DNA from: Andalucia godoyi And28
Taxonomy: Eukaryota; Protista; Jakobida
Length of the DNA: 64,000 nt
Assembly: GCA_009859145.1 (NCBI GenBank)
Contig: VRVR01000007.1
Span: 62,001-126,000, forward strand
Reading direction: 5' to 3'
Shown one piece after another: positions 10,795 through 21,281 of this stretch. A model generated the notes under the pieces. The model ran no database searches. It was not told where the DNA came from and worked only from the letters and a program-made list of their open reading frames with translations. A program made the translations under genes and the position numbers. Numbering within the stretch: the first letter of the stretch is position 1; the number at the start of each line of letters is the position of its first letter.

Positions 10795-11398
10795 ACCGAT
10801 GAATAATAACACGTCATTGTTATGCATAGACATGGTCGACACTGGCCGACACTAGCACGTTTTTGTTTCACAGGAATTCATGCTTACGCACGCTCGGCCA
10901 AAATTCAGCCTGTGACACAGGCTCCGCATTTTCGACACTCTTTAACGCACCATCCATAGCCATCTATTCTATCATTCGTTAGTTTCACGTTTTTATTCAA
11001 ATGTGGGCGTGAGTGTGCTGCGATGACGCATTCGCCTACGCCTACGCCGCCCGATGCCAGGGCCTCCTACGTCCCGCATATCTCCTAAGAGACCACTTGT
11101 CATTACGCCTACCGCCTCTTCCTCTCGTATTTCCAGTTGCGTCAATCGCTGCAACTGAGGACATGAAAGCGCCTGCTGCTAGGGCCGTCAGCATCAAAAT
11201 GCACCCCTTCTCAGGAACAACGTGTCACGCTGAGAAAGTGGCTCACAGATTGATCGAGATTGGGAACGGAGCGCGGAACATCTATCTGAAGAACGCCGTG
11301 AGGCGTGTTGGCGGCCTATCCCCTTCCAGGCAACGGGATGCAAGATTGAATATGCATGTCTACTCGTAGATATGCATGTTCAGTGTATACTGTAGGCG
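10795..11398 (+). mobile_element. Family B copy B1: internally deleted non-autonomous IS607/Fanzor2 (TnpB)-derived element
   Basis: ~90% identical by eye to the reverse complement of 43673-44230; RAVSIKMHP(S)QEQRVTLRKW (11181-11242) joined to IDRDW-NGARNIYLKN (11249-11294); shared ends ACCG...TGTAGGCG; CGACACT direct repeats at 10837, 10847, 10933. Confidence 0.8.
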
Positions 11399-11418
11399 AT
11401 GAATCCTCACTGTTCTTC
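11290..11418 (+). ncRNA. Putative omegaRNA scaffold plus flanking guide of B1 (inferred)
   Basis: Hairpins ACGCC-GTGA-GGCGT, ATCCC...GGGAT and a 12-bp stem 11352-11377 overlap the 3' end of the TnpB-like frame; position matches TnpB/Fanzor omegaRNAs; transcription not shown. Confidence 0.5.
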
Positions 11419-11795
11419 AAAAATCTAATCAAGAAGATACTTGAAACATTTTGGCATTCATCTGTCAGTCGGGGGCTTCACTTTTCAGCAGGCTTGCAGA
11501 ACAAATCAAACCTCTGCGATCTGCTGTACATACCGTTTTTCTTCCCAGTGGCCAAGCTTTTGGTAACTGCCATTTCCTTTCTTCTTCTGTTGTCGTTCCG
11601 CATTTGTTTCCTCTTTTTAATTTTCCTTTTTGTTTTGTTTTAATCACATGCCTCACTTCCTGTGCTTCGAAAAGAAATCTTCATTGCATCAAACAAACAA
11701 GCACACACGCTCACACACATACAAACATACACACACAGAAAGAGAGTATTCTTGTCTTTTCGTCCTTTTCTCTCACAGCCCATTTTTCGTGAGCC

Positions 11796-14669
11796 ATGAG
11801 TTCTCAGTATGTCTCCTGCCGTGTTCCCTGCAGCTTTTCCTAAGGAGTATGTTTTGCTTTTCAGAATGAAAGACTAATGATTTCCCCCTCTTTTTTCTCT
11901 TTTTTCTCTTTCTTCTTTCAATTATTACTATTATTACAATTATTATTGGGGTGGGTTTGCAGATTCTACGATGATGAGTTGAGAGATGCGATTCTAAAGG
12001 TTCGGGATCTGCTGTCTGCAGAGAATCTTCCTGAAGGTTTTGTTGCAGATCCAAAGAACTACATTTCTCATTTTGGTGCACTGTATGTCCAGTATGTGCA
12101 GGTTTTTCGACAGCTGGAAGATATTCATGACCAGACGCTGCAGCCGCAGAAACGACGCGACATCTTCAAGCTTTTGGAAGCTGTCATTGGGCGTGTTCTT
12201 GAGCTTAACAAGGTTTTGGTTGGAGTGAACAATGCGGAACACCCTTGTTTGTCGGATATTCTGGTGGACCTTAAGCTGTTGCCGGCGACTCTTGAGCTGC
12301 CTGTTCCGCGGTACATGGTCAGTTCTCGGACCAAGTCCATTAATGAACGCAATATGATCATCAAGTCGCTGATTCGCGAGTATGACCTGCCGATGCCTCC
12401 TCCATTGGAACAGGACCCGGTTGCGCTCCGAAGCGGTACGTCTGCAATGACGCAGGAACAAGCGATCTTGTTGATTCAAACCGCAGAGCGCGGAAGACAA
12501 GGTCGGCAGCGTGCCATGTTCATGAAGGTTATCAGGGCGCAAGAAGATGCCGAACGTAAGATTCTGGAAGGAGGAGACATGGACGTCGATCCGGATGATG
12601 CAGCGACAAAGATTCAGCGGACGTTCCGTGGATTTGCGTCAAGAAACCTTGTTGACAAGATGCGAGAAGAGGAGAATGTCTTTCTTGGCATGGCTCCGAG
12701 AGTGGTTCCAGACCCGTCTAAAACTCCAAAGTTTACGGAGGAACAAGTTCGAAATCAGCGTAAGATTCTCCAAAAGCAGTTCGAACAGGATCTGCAGGAG
12801 TCAATGGTCCCGCTGAAGAAGCAGATGATAGATATAGACGGCCAGAAGTTCAAGGATGAATGGCACGATGCTGTTCTCGAGCACATTTTGCAAAAGAAGG
12901 TCGCAACCGGAAAGCTGGACAAGATTCCAACGGCGGAGGAAGGAGGGTCCTTGAAATATGTCGAGGATCAGGAACCCAAGCCTCCTGGCGAGGGTGAAGA
13001 GGAAGAAGATCCAAAGGGCAAGAAAGGAAAAGATAAGGGCAAGAAAGGAAAAGACGACAAGAAGGGGAAGAAGAAAGGGAAGGGAGATGAGGAGGAAGAG
13101 GAAAAGGATACAGTTATCGAGCCCTCCAAGTTTGCAGGAGAAATGGTTGTCGCTGCTCAGCGAATCATCGACGTGTGGGAGAACGGTGTTATTCCCTCCA
13201 GTATCCTGGCATCTGCACAAGCTGCCCAGCGACCCGGCTCTTCGGCAAGCGTGTCCGGTGGCAAAGGAGCAGCAGTGGCCCCACCCCCAACTGCAGTCCT
13301 GCCTGAGAATGCTTCGGCTGCTGCCCGAGTCAACCAAGGACCCCTTGCTGTTTCTCACATGCAACTTACAAAGAGTCGACATAATCCGCTTGTTCCCGCC
13401 AACACGTACATGGTTGACGGGGAGTCTACGGAGAAACCGAATCTTGAACTGCTTCGCGAAGAGCTTCGCATGTCTGTGGAAGAAGAACTGAGAAAAGAGG
13501 TCGATGCAAAACTTCGTCTTGAATTGGAGAACATGGAAGGCGGAGACGCCGGGAAAGGAAAGGGCAAGAAGGGCAAGTCAAAGAAAGGCAAGAAGGGCAA
13601 GAAGGGCAAAGGAAAGAAGGGCAAGAAGGATGCGACGGAAGGAGAAGATCCCAACATCCAGTTTGCTCGGTTGGTGAGCCTCGGGGTCATCCAAGAATCG
13701 CCAGCCGCCTCCATGAACGATTTTGTGGGAGACTTCAATCCATTGACGTCCTTGTATGAATCCCAGAATGTTATGGTGGATCCGTCATTTGCAGACGTTC
13801 GACATGCGTCTATCTTGTATGGGGTCTTGTCGCTGGGTGTGTCAGAGAGCACGCACAAGACGATTCCGCACACTCGAGGCATTCTTCTGTACGGGCCGCA
13901 GGGGTCAGGAAAGACGCTCTTGTCAAAGGCCATCTGCGCCGCAACCGGTGCGCTCTGGATCAATCTGTCTCCTTCGAATCTTGAAGGCAAAGTGGAGGGC
14001 AAAGAAGTTGGAAAGCTTCTCAGTCGCGTCTTCCGAGTCGCGAAACTTCATGGCCCCACCGTGATTTACATTGACGACGCCGACCAAGTGTTTGCCGGAG
14101 TGAAGAAGGGGAAAAAGACGTCTGGATCGGGTATCGGCGGCAAGATGACCAAGGACCTCCAAGCTAAGGTCAAGGAATTGGTTCCTGGAGACCGTGTGCT
14201 GATTGTTGCGAACTCTCGCTCACCGGGATCCATCGACACGAAGACCTTGCTGTCCTGTGTCGACCACGTCGTCTATTGCCCACGTCCTGATTATGGCACT
14301 CGCGTGAAGCTTTGGGAACACTTTGTTGTGAATCGCCAACACGGCCCTCGATTCGCGGACGTGCAGTATCAAAACCTGGCGCATTTGACGGACGGATACA
14401 CGGCGGGCTCGATTTGCAATATTGTCGAGGAAGTTGTTACAGAAAGACGAGTCAAGAAGCTGGATGCAAAGCCGCTGACTCCTGAAGAGTTCCTCACTCC
14501 GCTTGCAAAGCGAGATCCTGTGTGGATGGACGTGTACGAAGAGATGAAGTCCCTGAATGACGCTCTCTCCGAGCCATACTGCCGCAAGAAGCCGCCCAAA
14601 CCCAAATCGGATGAAGATGATGATGGTAAGGACAAGAAGGGAAAGAAAGGTGGAAAAAAGAAGAAGTGA
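11796..14669 (+). CDS. IQCA1: IQ and AAA domain protein (dynein regulatory complex subunit 11)
   Basis: QPQKR, IQ-like motifs, Lys-rich linkers, AAA Walker A LLYGPQGSGKT; likely 11-nt first exon 11796-11806 with GT-AG intron 11807-11962 giving MSSQFYDDEL in frame. Confidence 0.88.
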
Positions 14670-14709
14670 TCCCGTGCATTGTTGTTGTTGTTGTTTGTAA
14701 ATTTTCTCC

Positions 14710-14712
<3 letters not shown>

Positions 14713-14792
<80 letters not shown>
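14713..14792. repeat. (TC)n microsatellite followed by (AC)n
   Basis: Directly visible, just downstream of the IQCA1 stop. Confidence 0.97.
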
Positions 14793-14795
<3 letters not shown>

Positions 14796-15051
14796 CATAC
14801 ACACACACACACACAGAGAGAGGAATCGGCTGTAGTGCTGGAACCCCCAACCGCTGACAAAACCGTCCGTTGTTTTCTGCTCAAACCAGCTTCGAATTCG
14901 ATAAAACCGTGGATTTCGTTGTTTTTTTGATTTTTTCTTTTGCTTTTCCATTCACAAAACTTTTGTTTTATTTTTGCGACATACCGATAATTTTGTTTCG
15001 TTGCTTGTTTCGTTTTGTTTTTCTTTGCTTTCCACACGTCATTGTCGAATC

Positions 15052-16317
15052 ATGGCAAAGTCATGGGGCGAGGATGTGGAAAACTACCGGAAGGCCAAAC
15101 TGGAGTTGCCGTTTGTTCCGGAGCCTGTTTTTCGCAAAACCCGTGACAAATCCATGCTTTGGCGGACGCAACCGTATGATCCTGTGATCCAGACTCTTCG
15201 AGATCCGTCTGAAGAAGAGCGCAGAAGAACAGTGGAGCGGGCGCGGTCGATACAGCTGATATCGTCTGGTATTGAAAAATCGATGCGCTATGGTGCCCAA
15301 TATGACATCATTTCTAATAGTGAAAAGCGACCAGCGACCGTTGGAACCACGTCATTGCCGAATGCGTTCGGCTCTTCTGCGAAAAAGGAGAATGAGGTTC
15401 GGTATCGATCCACTGCGTCTGTTGACTATAACATTATTTCGGGTGTTCCATTGACGGAGGCATACGTCTCCTCGCCCGAAACAAGGCCGAACTTTGCAAC
15501 GCTGCTGATGAAGCCTCGACCAACAACCCATGGAAACGGAAAACGCACATTCCATGTTGAAGCTCCTACGGACTTCAACATTTTGAGCAATTTGTACAAG
15601 GTGAATCACGATACGAAAACCCGGGAGGACGAAGAGAAGATCAAGCAGGAACTTGAGCAAAAGTATTGGGCCACGCACGACTTTGATCCGCTGTTGCAAA
15701 AGTATCATATGCAAGGAAAAGACGAAGCGGTTGATCGTGCGGAGCTTGAGCGGACCAGCATGCTCATCACTGCAAAGATGAAGCGAGAGCCGCCGACGAT
15801 GCGAGAAGCCGAGGGGAATGCATACGATATCACCTCGTTCTCCGTTCGAGACGCGGAATTATTCGACAAGGTCATGTCGCGCACGTCAAAAGGTGTTGCG
15901 GCTGTGCAGAAGATGCGAGAAACAATGGAAATTAAGCGGGAGGAAGCCAACCAAAAGTACAACAAGGACCTGCAAAGAGCGTTCAATCGGACGGCAACCA
16001 GGACGGAGCGTCTCCGAGATTATGAGGAACTTGCTCGTGGATACGATATTGTTTCAAATGTGGACTTTGGTGGCGTGGATGGTCGAGCGCCAGACTATGT
16101 TCAACGTGCGGAAGACCATGCCGCAGCGCTCGCCAAACCTGATCCGTTCGATGTGCATGGTACTCAGAAGATGTCCAGAACCTGGGACGGTTTTCTTCGA
16201 GACAAGGTGAACACGATGACCTCTCCTGTTCAGCTTCCTGCACTCACTCTCAACAGCGGCGTAACGAATGCAGCGATGAAAAAGTCTGTTCGTTCCGGCG
16301 GTTTCCACAGAGAATAG
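15052..16317 (+). CDS. Hypothetical protein with repeated YD/NI(I/L)S motifs, possibly flagellar
   Basis: 421-aa ORF from MAKSWGEDV; repeated YDIISN / YNIISG / FNILSN / YDIVSN; protein-like composition. Confidence 0.75.
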   Translation: MAKSWGEDVENYRKAKLELPFVPEPVFRKTRDKSMLWRTQPYDPVIQTLRDPSEEERRRTVERARSIQLISSGIEKSMRYGAQYDIISNSEKRPATVGTTSLPNAFGSSAKKENEVRYRSTASVDYNIISGVPLTEAYVSSPETRPNFATLLMKPRPTTHGNGKRTFHVEAPTDFNILSNLYKVNHDTKTREDEEKIKQELEQKYWATHDFDPLLQKYHMQGKDEAVDRAELERTSMLITAKMKREPPTMREAEGNAYDITSFSVRDAELFDKVMSRTSKGVAAVQKMRETMEIKREEANQKYNKDLQRAFNRTATRTERLRDYEELARGYDIVSNVDFGGVDGRAPDYVQRAEDHAAALAKPDPFDVHGTQKMSRTWDGFLRDKVNTMTSPVQLPALTLNSGVTNAAMKKSVRSGGFHRE

Positions 16318-16388
16318 CTCTTCTTTCCTTTCCTTCCTCTCTCCTGTCCACACTGTTTTTCCTTCTTGTTTTAATTTTTTTAATTTTT

Positions 16389-16646
16389 TTAATTTTTTGA
16401 TTTCGCCCTGTTTTGTCGACTTTCGACCATGAACAACTGAACATATCGTGTACCGTCGAGAATGCAGTCAGTCGTCGTTTGTCCATCGAAAATGAGGTTT
16501 GTTGCGGTAATGTACAGTTTCAAGAGTATGTATTTGATAAACTCCACTGCTAGCCGAACGCTGCTACTGAAGACACGAGTTTCCTTTTGCAAGTTTGGAA
16601 TGCACTTGAACGAGCACACAGCCTTCGATTTCCAGGATCTTTTCAT
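16389..16646 (-). pseudogene. Possible Fanzor1 N-terminal/WED relic, relic D
   Basis: 85-codon intergenic frame: VCSFKCIPN...RLA...LKLYI and FDGQTTTD (16467-16490) resemble remembered Fanzor1 N-terminal and F(E/D)GxxTTDG motifs. Confidence 0.25.
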
Positions 16647-16722
16647 CAGTTCTCAGCTGGTTTGTCTTGTTACCATTCTAAATATTTTATAATCCTCTTT
16701 TTTCTTCCGAGTAAATTTTTAC

Positions 16723-19242
16723 ATGTTCTTGCAGATTGTGAAGTGCATTCGTCCGTCTTTGCAGTTCTTTGCTTGTTCTGGTTCTTGCTCTTCTTCTTTT
16801 CGACAATCTCTGGGATTTACATCATCGTCGTTTGTACGCCTCGCTTCGTCAATGGCTTCTTCGCTGTCGCTGGCGGGCTCGACGCCTGGGGCGGTGGAGC
16901 CACCCGTTTGTGAGAAGCGGCCTCATGAGCTGTCATATCATGGTGACGTGCGCGTTGATCCGTACTACTGGCTTCGTGAACGAGAAAACCCAGAAGTCAA
17001 GGAGTTCTTGGAAAAGGAAAACAAGTATGCGGAGTCGATTGTGTCGCCGGCTCTCAAGCAAAAGCTGTTCGAGGAAATGCGACAGCGATGGAAGGAAACC
17101 GATTCTTCGCTTCCTGTGAAAGATCGTGCGTATTGGTACTTTAGTCGTTTGATTAAGGGACTAAACTATCCGCAGTACTGCAGAAAGCCACATGCAGGAA
17201 ACCACAATTTTGTGACTCGATACGTCGATTTGATCTCTGAGAATGTCGACGCGGACATCCCAAAGGACGAGGATGAACTTGTCATGCTGGATTTGAACAA
17301 GATGGCGCAGGAGGAAAAGCTTGACTTCATTGATCTTGGAGAATATCAGATTTCTCCGGATGAAACGTGCGTTGCATGTACATTGGACTTGTCGAACGGA
17401 CGCGAGGTGTACACCGTTGTCGTCAAGGAGCTTTCTTCTGGCAAGGAGATTCGCCGCATCAACAAGTTTCCAATCGCATCCGAGGTCGCATGGGGCAATG
17501 ACCGAGTCCTGTTCTACTTTGCACTTGATGATGCGTTGCGACCGCATAAGCTTGTGCGACACGAGCTGGACAAATCGATCGAGGAAGCAGACACTGTGCT
17601 ATATGAAGAGCTTGATGAACTCTTCTGGCTTGGCTCCCTCCATCGCTGTGCAGATGACGAGTTTGTGCTGTTCGAGTCCGGTGGAAAGACGAGCACAGAA
17701 TGGTATTTCCTTTCCACGCGCACCCCACTTGTCCCCTTTACCTCGTTCTGCCCCCGCGCCCCCAAAGTTGAATATTCGATCGAGCACCATCCACACCTCA
17801 TTGGCTCTGGAAAGGGTGCGTGGATCGTGTACCACAACGGAGATGGATGCACGAACTTCAAGGTGGATATGGTTGCGGACGGCAAGAACACTGCGGAAAA
17901 GACAAACTGGCACAGTCTTGTCAGGTACGATCCTCTGACGCACGTTGAACGGGTTTCGCCGTATGAAACGTTCCTGCTCTTTTCCGTTCGTCAGAACGGT
18001 TTCCCGAGTGTTTTGCTCACGTCCATTGCAGATGTCCAGAGACATTTTGAGCGTCCGAACGGTGGCGATCTGACAGCGCCCGCCGGGCTGGATCCAGCCA
18101 CCCAACTCATGAATGTTCGCACGCTGGTGAACACAGACGATGCCGAACTGCAGGAAATCCACTGCATCTCTGCGTCTGTGAACCCTGATTTTGATTCCAA
18201 GTCCTTCCGACTGAACGTCAGCAACCTTGTCATTCCGCGCCGCACCTTTGAGCTCGATTCGGAATCACGTGTGCTGACGCTGCTCAAGACAGAACCTGTG
18301 ATGGGCGGCTATGACTCGTCCAAGTATGGGGTTGCTCGTCTCTGGGCAACTGCGACGGCCTCCACGTGCGATCCCCGCGATCCGACGCTCTCACTTTCTG
18401 CGCTGCAGGCATCTGGTTCCTCTGGCAGCGGCACCACCACCAGTAATGATGAAATTCGAATTCCCATCACTCTGTGCTACCGCAAGGATCTGCTCAAACG
18501 CGGCGAGAATCCGTGTTTGTTGTATGCATACGGCTCCTATGGTCTGTCAGTCGACCCGACATTCAATTCTTCGCGCTTGTCGCTGCTCGATCGTGGCTTC
18601 GTTTGGGCACTTGGCTCGATTCGTGGTGGCGGGGAGATGGGACGCATCTGGCGCAATTCCGGCCGAATGGAACACAAGATGAACACGTTTACAGATTATG
18701 TGGCGTGTGCCGAGCATCTGATCCGTGAAAAGTGGAGTCATCCGCACAAGCTGGCGGCTCGTGGTGGATCTGCAGGCGGGATGTTGATGGGAGCCGCTGC
18801 AGTGAACATGCGCCCGGACTTGTTCCGAACCGTCCTTGCCCTTGTTCCGTTTGTCGACTGTGTGACAACGCTTCTCGATCCCGAAATTCCGCTGACAGTT
18901 GTTGAATGGGATGAGTGGGGCAATCCTCTGCACAACAAGCAGTTCTACGATGTCATCAAGGCATACTCTCCAATGGACAATCTGCCGCCCCCAACCACCA
19001 TCTTGCCCAACATTTTCATCGAAAGCGGCTTTTCAGACCCCCGAGTCGCCTATTGGGAACCGGCGGCATGGTGCGCCCGGCTCCGTGCGCAGTGGGATGC
19101 GTCTGCGATCCACGGCCGTCAGCTCATCCACAAGTGCAACCTCAGTGCAGGACACGCCGGCGCTGCTGGCCGCTATTCTCATCTCGAAGAAATCGCATTT
19201 GAATATGCCTTTCTTCTCCAAACCATGGATATTAACGAGTAA
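16723..19242 (+). CDS. Oligopeptidase B (prolyl oligopeptidase S9A) with probable organellar presequence
   Basis: DPYYWLR, YAYGSYG, RGGGEMG, nucleophile GGSAGG, D and H catalytic motifs (SDPRV, GH); Ser/Arg-rich N-terminus. Confidence 0.94.
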   Translation: MFLQIVKCIRPSLQFFACSGSCSSSFRQSLGFTSSSFVRLASSMASSLSLAGSTPGAVEPPVCEKRPHELSYHGDVRVDPYYWLRERENPEVKEFLEKENKYAESIVSPALKQKLFEEMRQRWKETDSSLPVKDRAYWYFSRLIKGLNYPQYCRKPHAGNHNFVTRYVDLISENVDADIPKDEDELVMLDLNKMAQEEKLDFIDLGEYQISPDETCVACTLDLSNGREVYTVVVKELSSGKEIRRINKFPIASEVAWGNDRVLFYFALDDALRPHKLVRHELDKSIEEADTVLYEELDELFWLGSLHRCADDEFVLFESGGKTSTEWYFLSTRTPLVPFTSFCPRAPKVEYSIEHHPHLIGSGKGAWIVYHNGDGCTNFKVDMVADGKNTAEKTNWHSLVRYDPLTHVERVSPYETFLLFSVRQNGFPSVLLTSIADVQRHFERPNGGDLTAPAGLDPATQLMNVRTLVNTDDAELQEIHCISASVNPDFDSKSFRLNVSNLVIPRRTFELDSESRVLTLLKTEPVMGGYDSSKYGVARLWATATASTCDPRDPTLSLSALQASGSSGSGTTTSNDEIRIPITLCYRKDLLKRGENPCLLYAYGSYGLSVDPTFNSSRLSLLDRGFVWALGSIRGGGEMGRIWRNSGRMEHKMNTFTDYVACAEHLIREKWSHPHKLAARGGSAGGMLMGAAAVNMRPDLFRTVLALVPFVDCVTTLLDPEIPLTVVEWDEWGNPLHNKQFYDVIKAYSPMDNLPPPTTILPNIFIESGFSDPRVAYWEPAAWCARLRAQWDASAIHGRQLIHKCNLSAGHAGAAGRYSHLEEIAFEYAFLLQTMDINE

Positions 19243-19257
19243 CTCTTACTTTCTAAT

Positions 19258-19328
19258 CATCATCATCATCATAATAATAATAATAATAATAACCATAATA
19301 ATAAGAGCTGAACCAACTCGACTTGGAT

Positions 19329-19370
<42 letters not shown>
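19258..19370. repeat. (ATC)n/(AAT)n and (TC)n(AC)n microsatellites
   Basis: Directly visible. Confidence 0.9.
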
Positions 19371-19371
<1 letters not shown>

Positions 19372-19855
19372 AAACAACATACTGTTCAAGCATCAAGCGA
19401 CGCAACAAAAGGGCCTCCTTAAAACACGCCCGAGTTCGTTCCATTCGACTTTGTGTCTCCACAAAAATTGCCAAATTGCATCAAAAGCAGCACAGACTAT
19501 TATCATTCATCCGTTCGTTTTCATTCTCTTTTTTCTTTTCATTTCATTCTTTTCATTTCTCTTTTTGTTTCAGTTTTTGCTCTTGTTCTTCTTCCATTAT
19601 CGGCGTTCTTTTTATTCCCTGCGGTGTCCGTATAATCACGCAAGAGAGAAACTATTTCTGTCGCTCAAAGGGGGGAGAGAGAGAGAGAGAGAAATTCAAA
19701 CTCGCTTTGTTGTTTTTTTTTTTTTTTTTTTTTTGTGGTTATTAAATTCAAATAGTATATTGACAATTATCAGGGAGAAAAGACGGAAAAGAAACAAAGA
19801 ATTTTTAATTAATTGGTTTGGTTGCGTTGGCTTCATTTAATGGGATTTGGGGTGA

Positions 19856-21091
19856 ATGCGTGCGAACAACAACCCGAGAGTGACTTTGGACATCGATTTA
19901 CAGAATTCGGCGAATCAGGAGTATGATGCGTCTGCGTCGTCACACACGACTGCATCGACCGTGCACAGCAGCAGCAGCAGTAGGGAGGATGGCCGTCATT
20001 CGAGCCAGCCTCTCATTTCTCCAGATGGCAGCAGTGCAATGTCCGTGTCGGTCGACACGCTGGATGTGTACGACGAGGTATCCCCTGGAGGCACGCACCG
20101 GCTGAACGCATACGTTCTTGGAAAAGATGACCAGCGCCACGTTGCACAGGCTTTGGAAGACGTTGAGCAGCGAACTCCAATTTTGCTGCATCGGCACGGC
20201 GGTCGGCCACGAAAAGTGAAGATCCATGCACACACAGTGCACTATCATGAGGCTCCACATTATGTACAAGGAAACGAGTTTTTGGTCCGTGGATACCGCA
20301 TGGAGCTTTCTTGGCAACAGTGCCTGCAGTCGTGCTTTGTAGCAAACAATGAGATCCCCAACATTTGGTCGCACTTCATCGGGTTTCTCGCCTTTTTCTC
20401 CCTATTTATATGGGTGTGGACACCCTCGTTTCCAATTCCAGTCAGCGTGTCCACAGATCCTCAGCATCACATCTTATTTGGTGTGTTTTGCCTATGTGTC
20501 TCGCTCTGTTGCTGCAACTCGACAATCTATCACATCTTTTGCGCAATGTCGCAACAAATGTCATTCATGCTGCTCCAAGCCGACTACTTGGGTATTCTGG
20601 CGCAGATTGGCGGATCTGTGATGCTTGTTCTGTTCTACCTGTTCTACTGCAATCCGCCTTTTCAAATTCTATATCTTACTCTCAATGGAATTGCGACGGC
20701 GTTGGGCATCTTTGCCACAACGCGCAAGCGATTCTATGAAAACGAGGCACGAAATCTGCGTGCATCGGTCTTCTTTCTCGTGGCCGCTACTTCTCTCGTC
20801 CCGGCCGCACACTTTTTCGCCATTGCTCCGTACCACATTCTTTTCGAGAACGGCCTCGACTGGCCGTTTTACTCCATGGTTCTTGTGTATGTTCTCGGCA
20901 TCACCTTCTTCGTGTCACGCATCCCAGAACGCTGTTGTCCGGGGAAGTTTGATCTGTGCCTCCATTCGCACTCGTACATGCATTGTTGCACCGTGATCGC
21001 TGCTGCATTTCACCTTTACGGTTGTATCAAACTTGTTACGTTCATCGACGATCGCGACGGCATGTCGTGCAGCAAGTCTTGGTGGGATTAG
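19856..21091 (+). CDS. PAQR / adiponectin-receptor / haemolysin-III family membrane protein
   Basis: NE..NIWSH, S.IYH, DY.GI, PER..PGKFD...SH..MH motifs; seven hydrophobic segments. Confidence 0.93.
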   Translation: MRANNNPRVTLDIDLQNSANQEYDASASSHTTASTVHSSSSSREDGRHSSQPLISPDGSSAMSVSVDTLDVYDEVSPGGTHRLNAYVLGKDDQRHVAQALEDVEQRTPILLHRHGGRPRKVKIHAHTVHYHEAPHYVQGNEFLVRGYRMELSWQQCLQSCFVANNEIPNIWSHFIGFLAFFSLFIWVWTPSFPIPVSVSTDPQHHILFGVFCLCVSLCCCNSTIYHIFCAMSQQMSFMLLQADYLGILAQIGGSVMLVLFYLFYCNPPFQILYLTLNGIATALGIFATTRKRFYENEARNLRASVFFLVAATSLVPAAHFFAIAPYHILFENGLDWPFYSMVLVYVLGITFFVSRIPERCCPGKFDLCLHSHSYMHCCTVIAAAFHLYGCIKLVTFIDDRDGMSCSKSWWD

Positions 21092-21281
21092 CACCGGGCT
21101 ATACAGACTTACTTTAAAAATTTTAATGTTGCTTTGCTGTTTTCCTTCGTAAAGTGCATGAAACCGCCCGGGTGTTTTTACTTTGTAACACACATAATGC
21201 AAAAATGACTGGGTCTCTTGAAACAAGAGAAAAACAAAAACAAAAACAAAAACAAAAAGAGGGAAAAGAGGCGAAGCTTCA

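Noticed and set aside
11352-11398. Family B as a classical Helitron (3' hairpin plus CTRR)
   Set aside because: No 5' TC, no CTRR at the end of homology, and the internal TnpB-type motifs explain the element better; not fully excluded as a carrier
10797-11404. 8-bp direct repeat CGATGAAT flanking B1 as a TSD
   Set aside because: The left copy is shared with B2 (CGCTGAAT), so it belongs to the element end, and B2 has no matching right-hand repeat
11399-11530. NLIKKILETFW in the right flank of B1 resembling a Fanzor1 segment
   Set aside because: A single short motif with no colinear support
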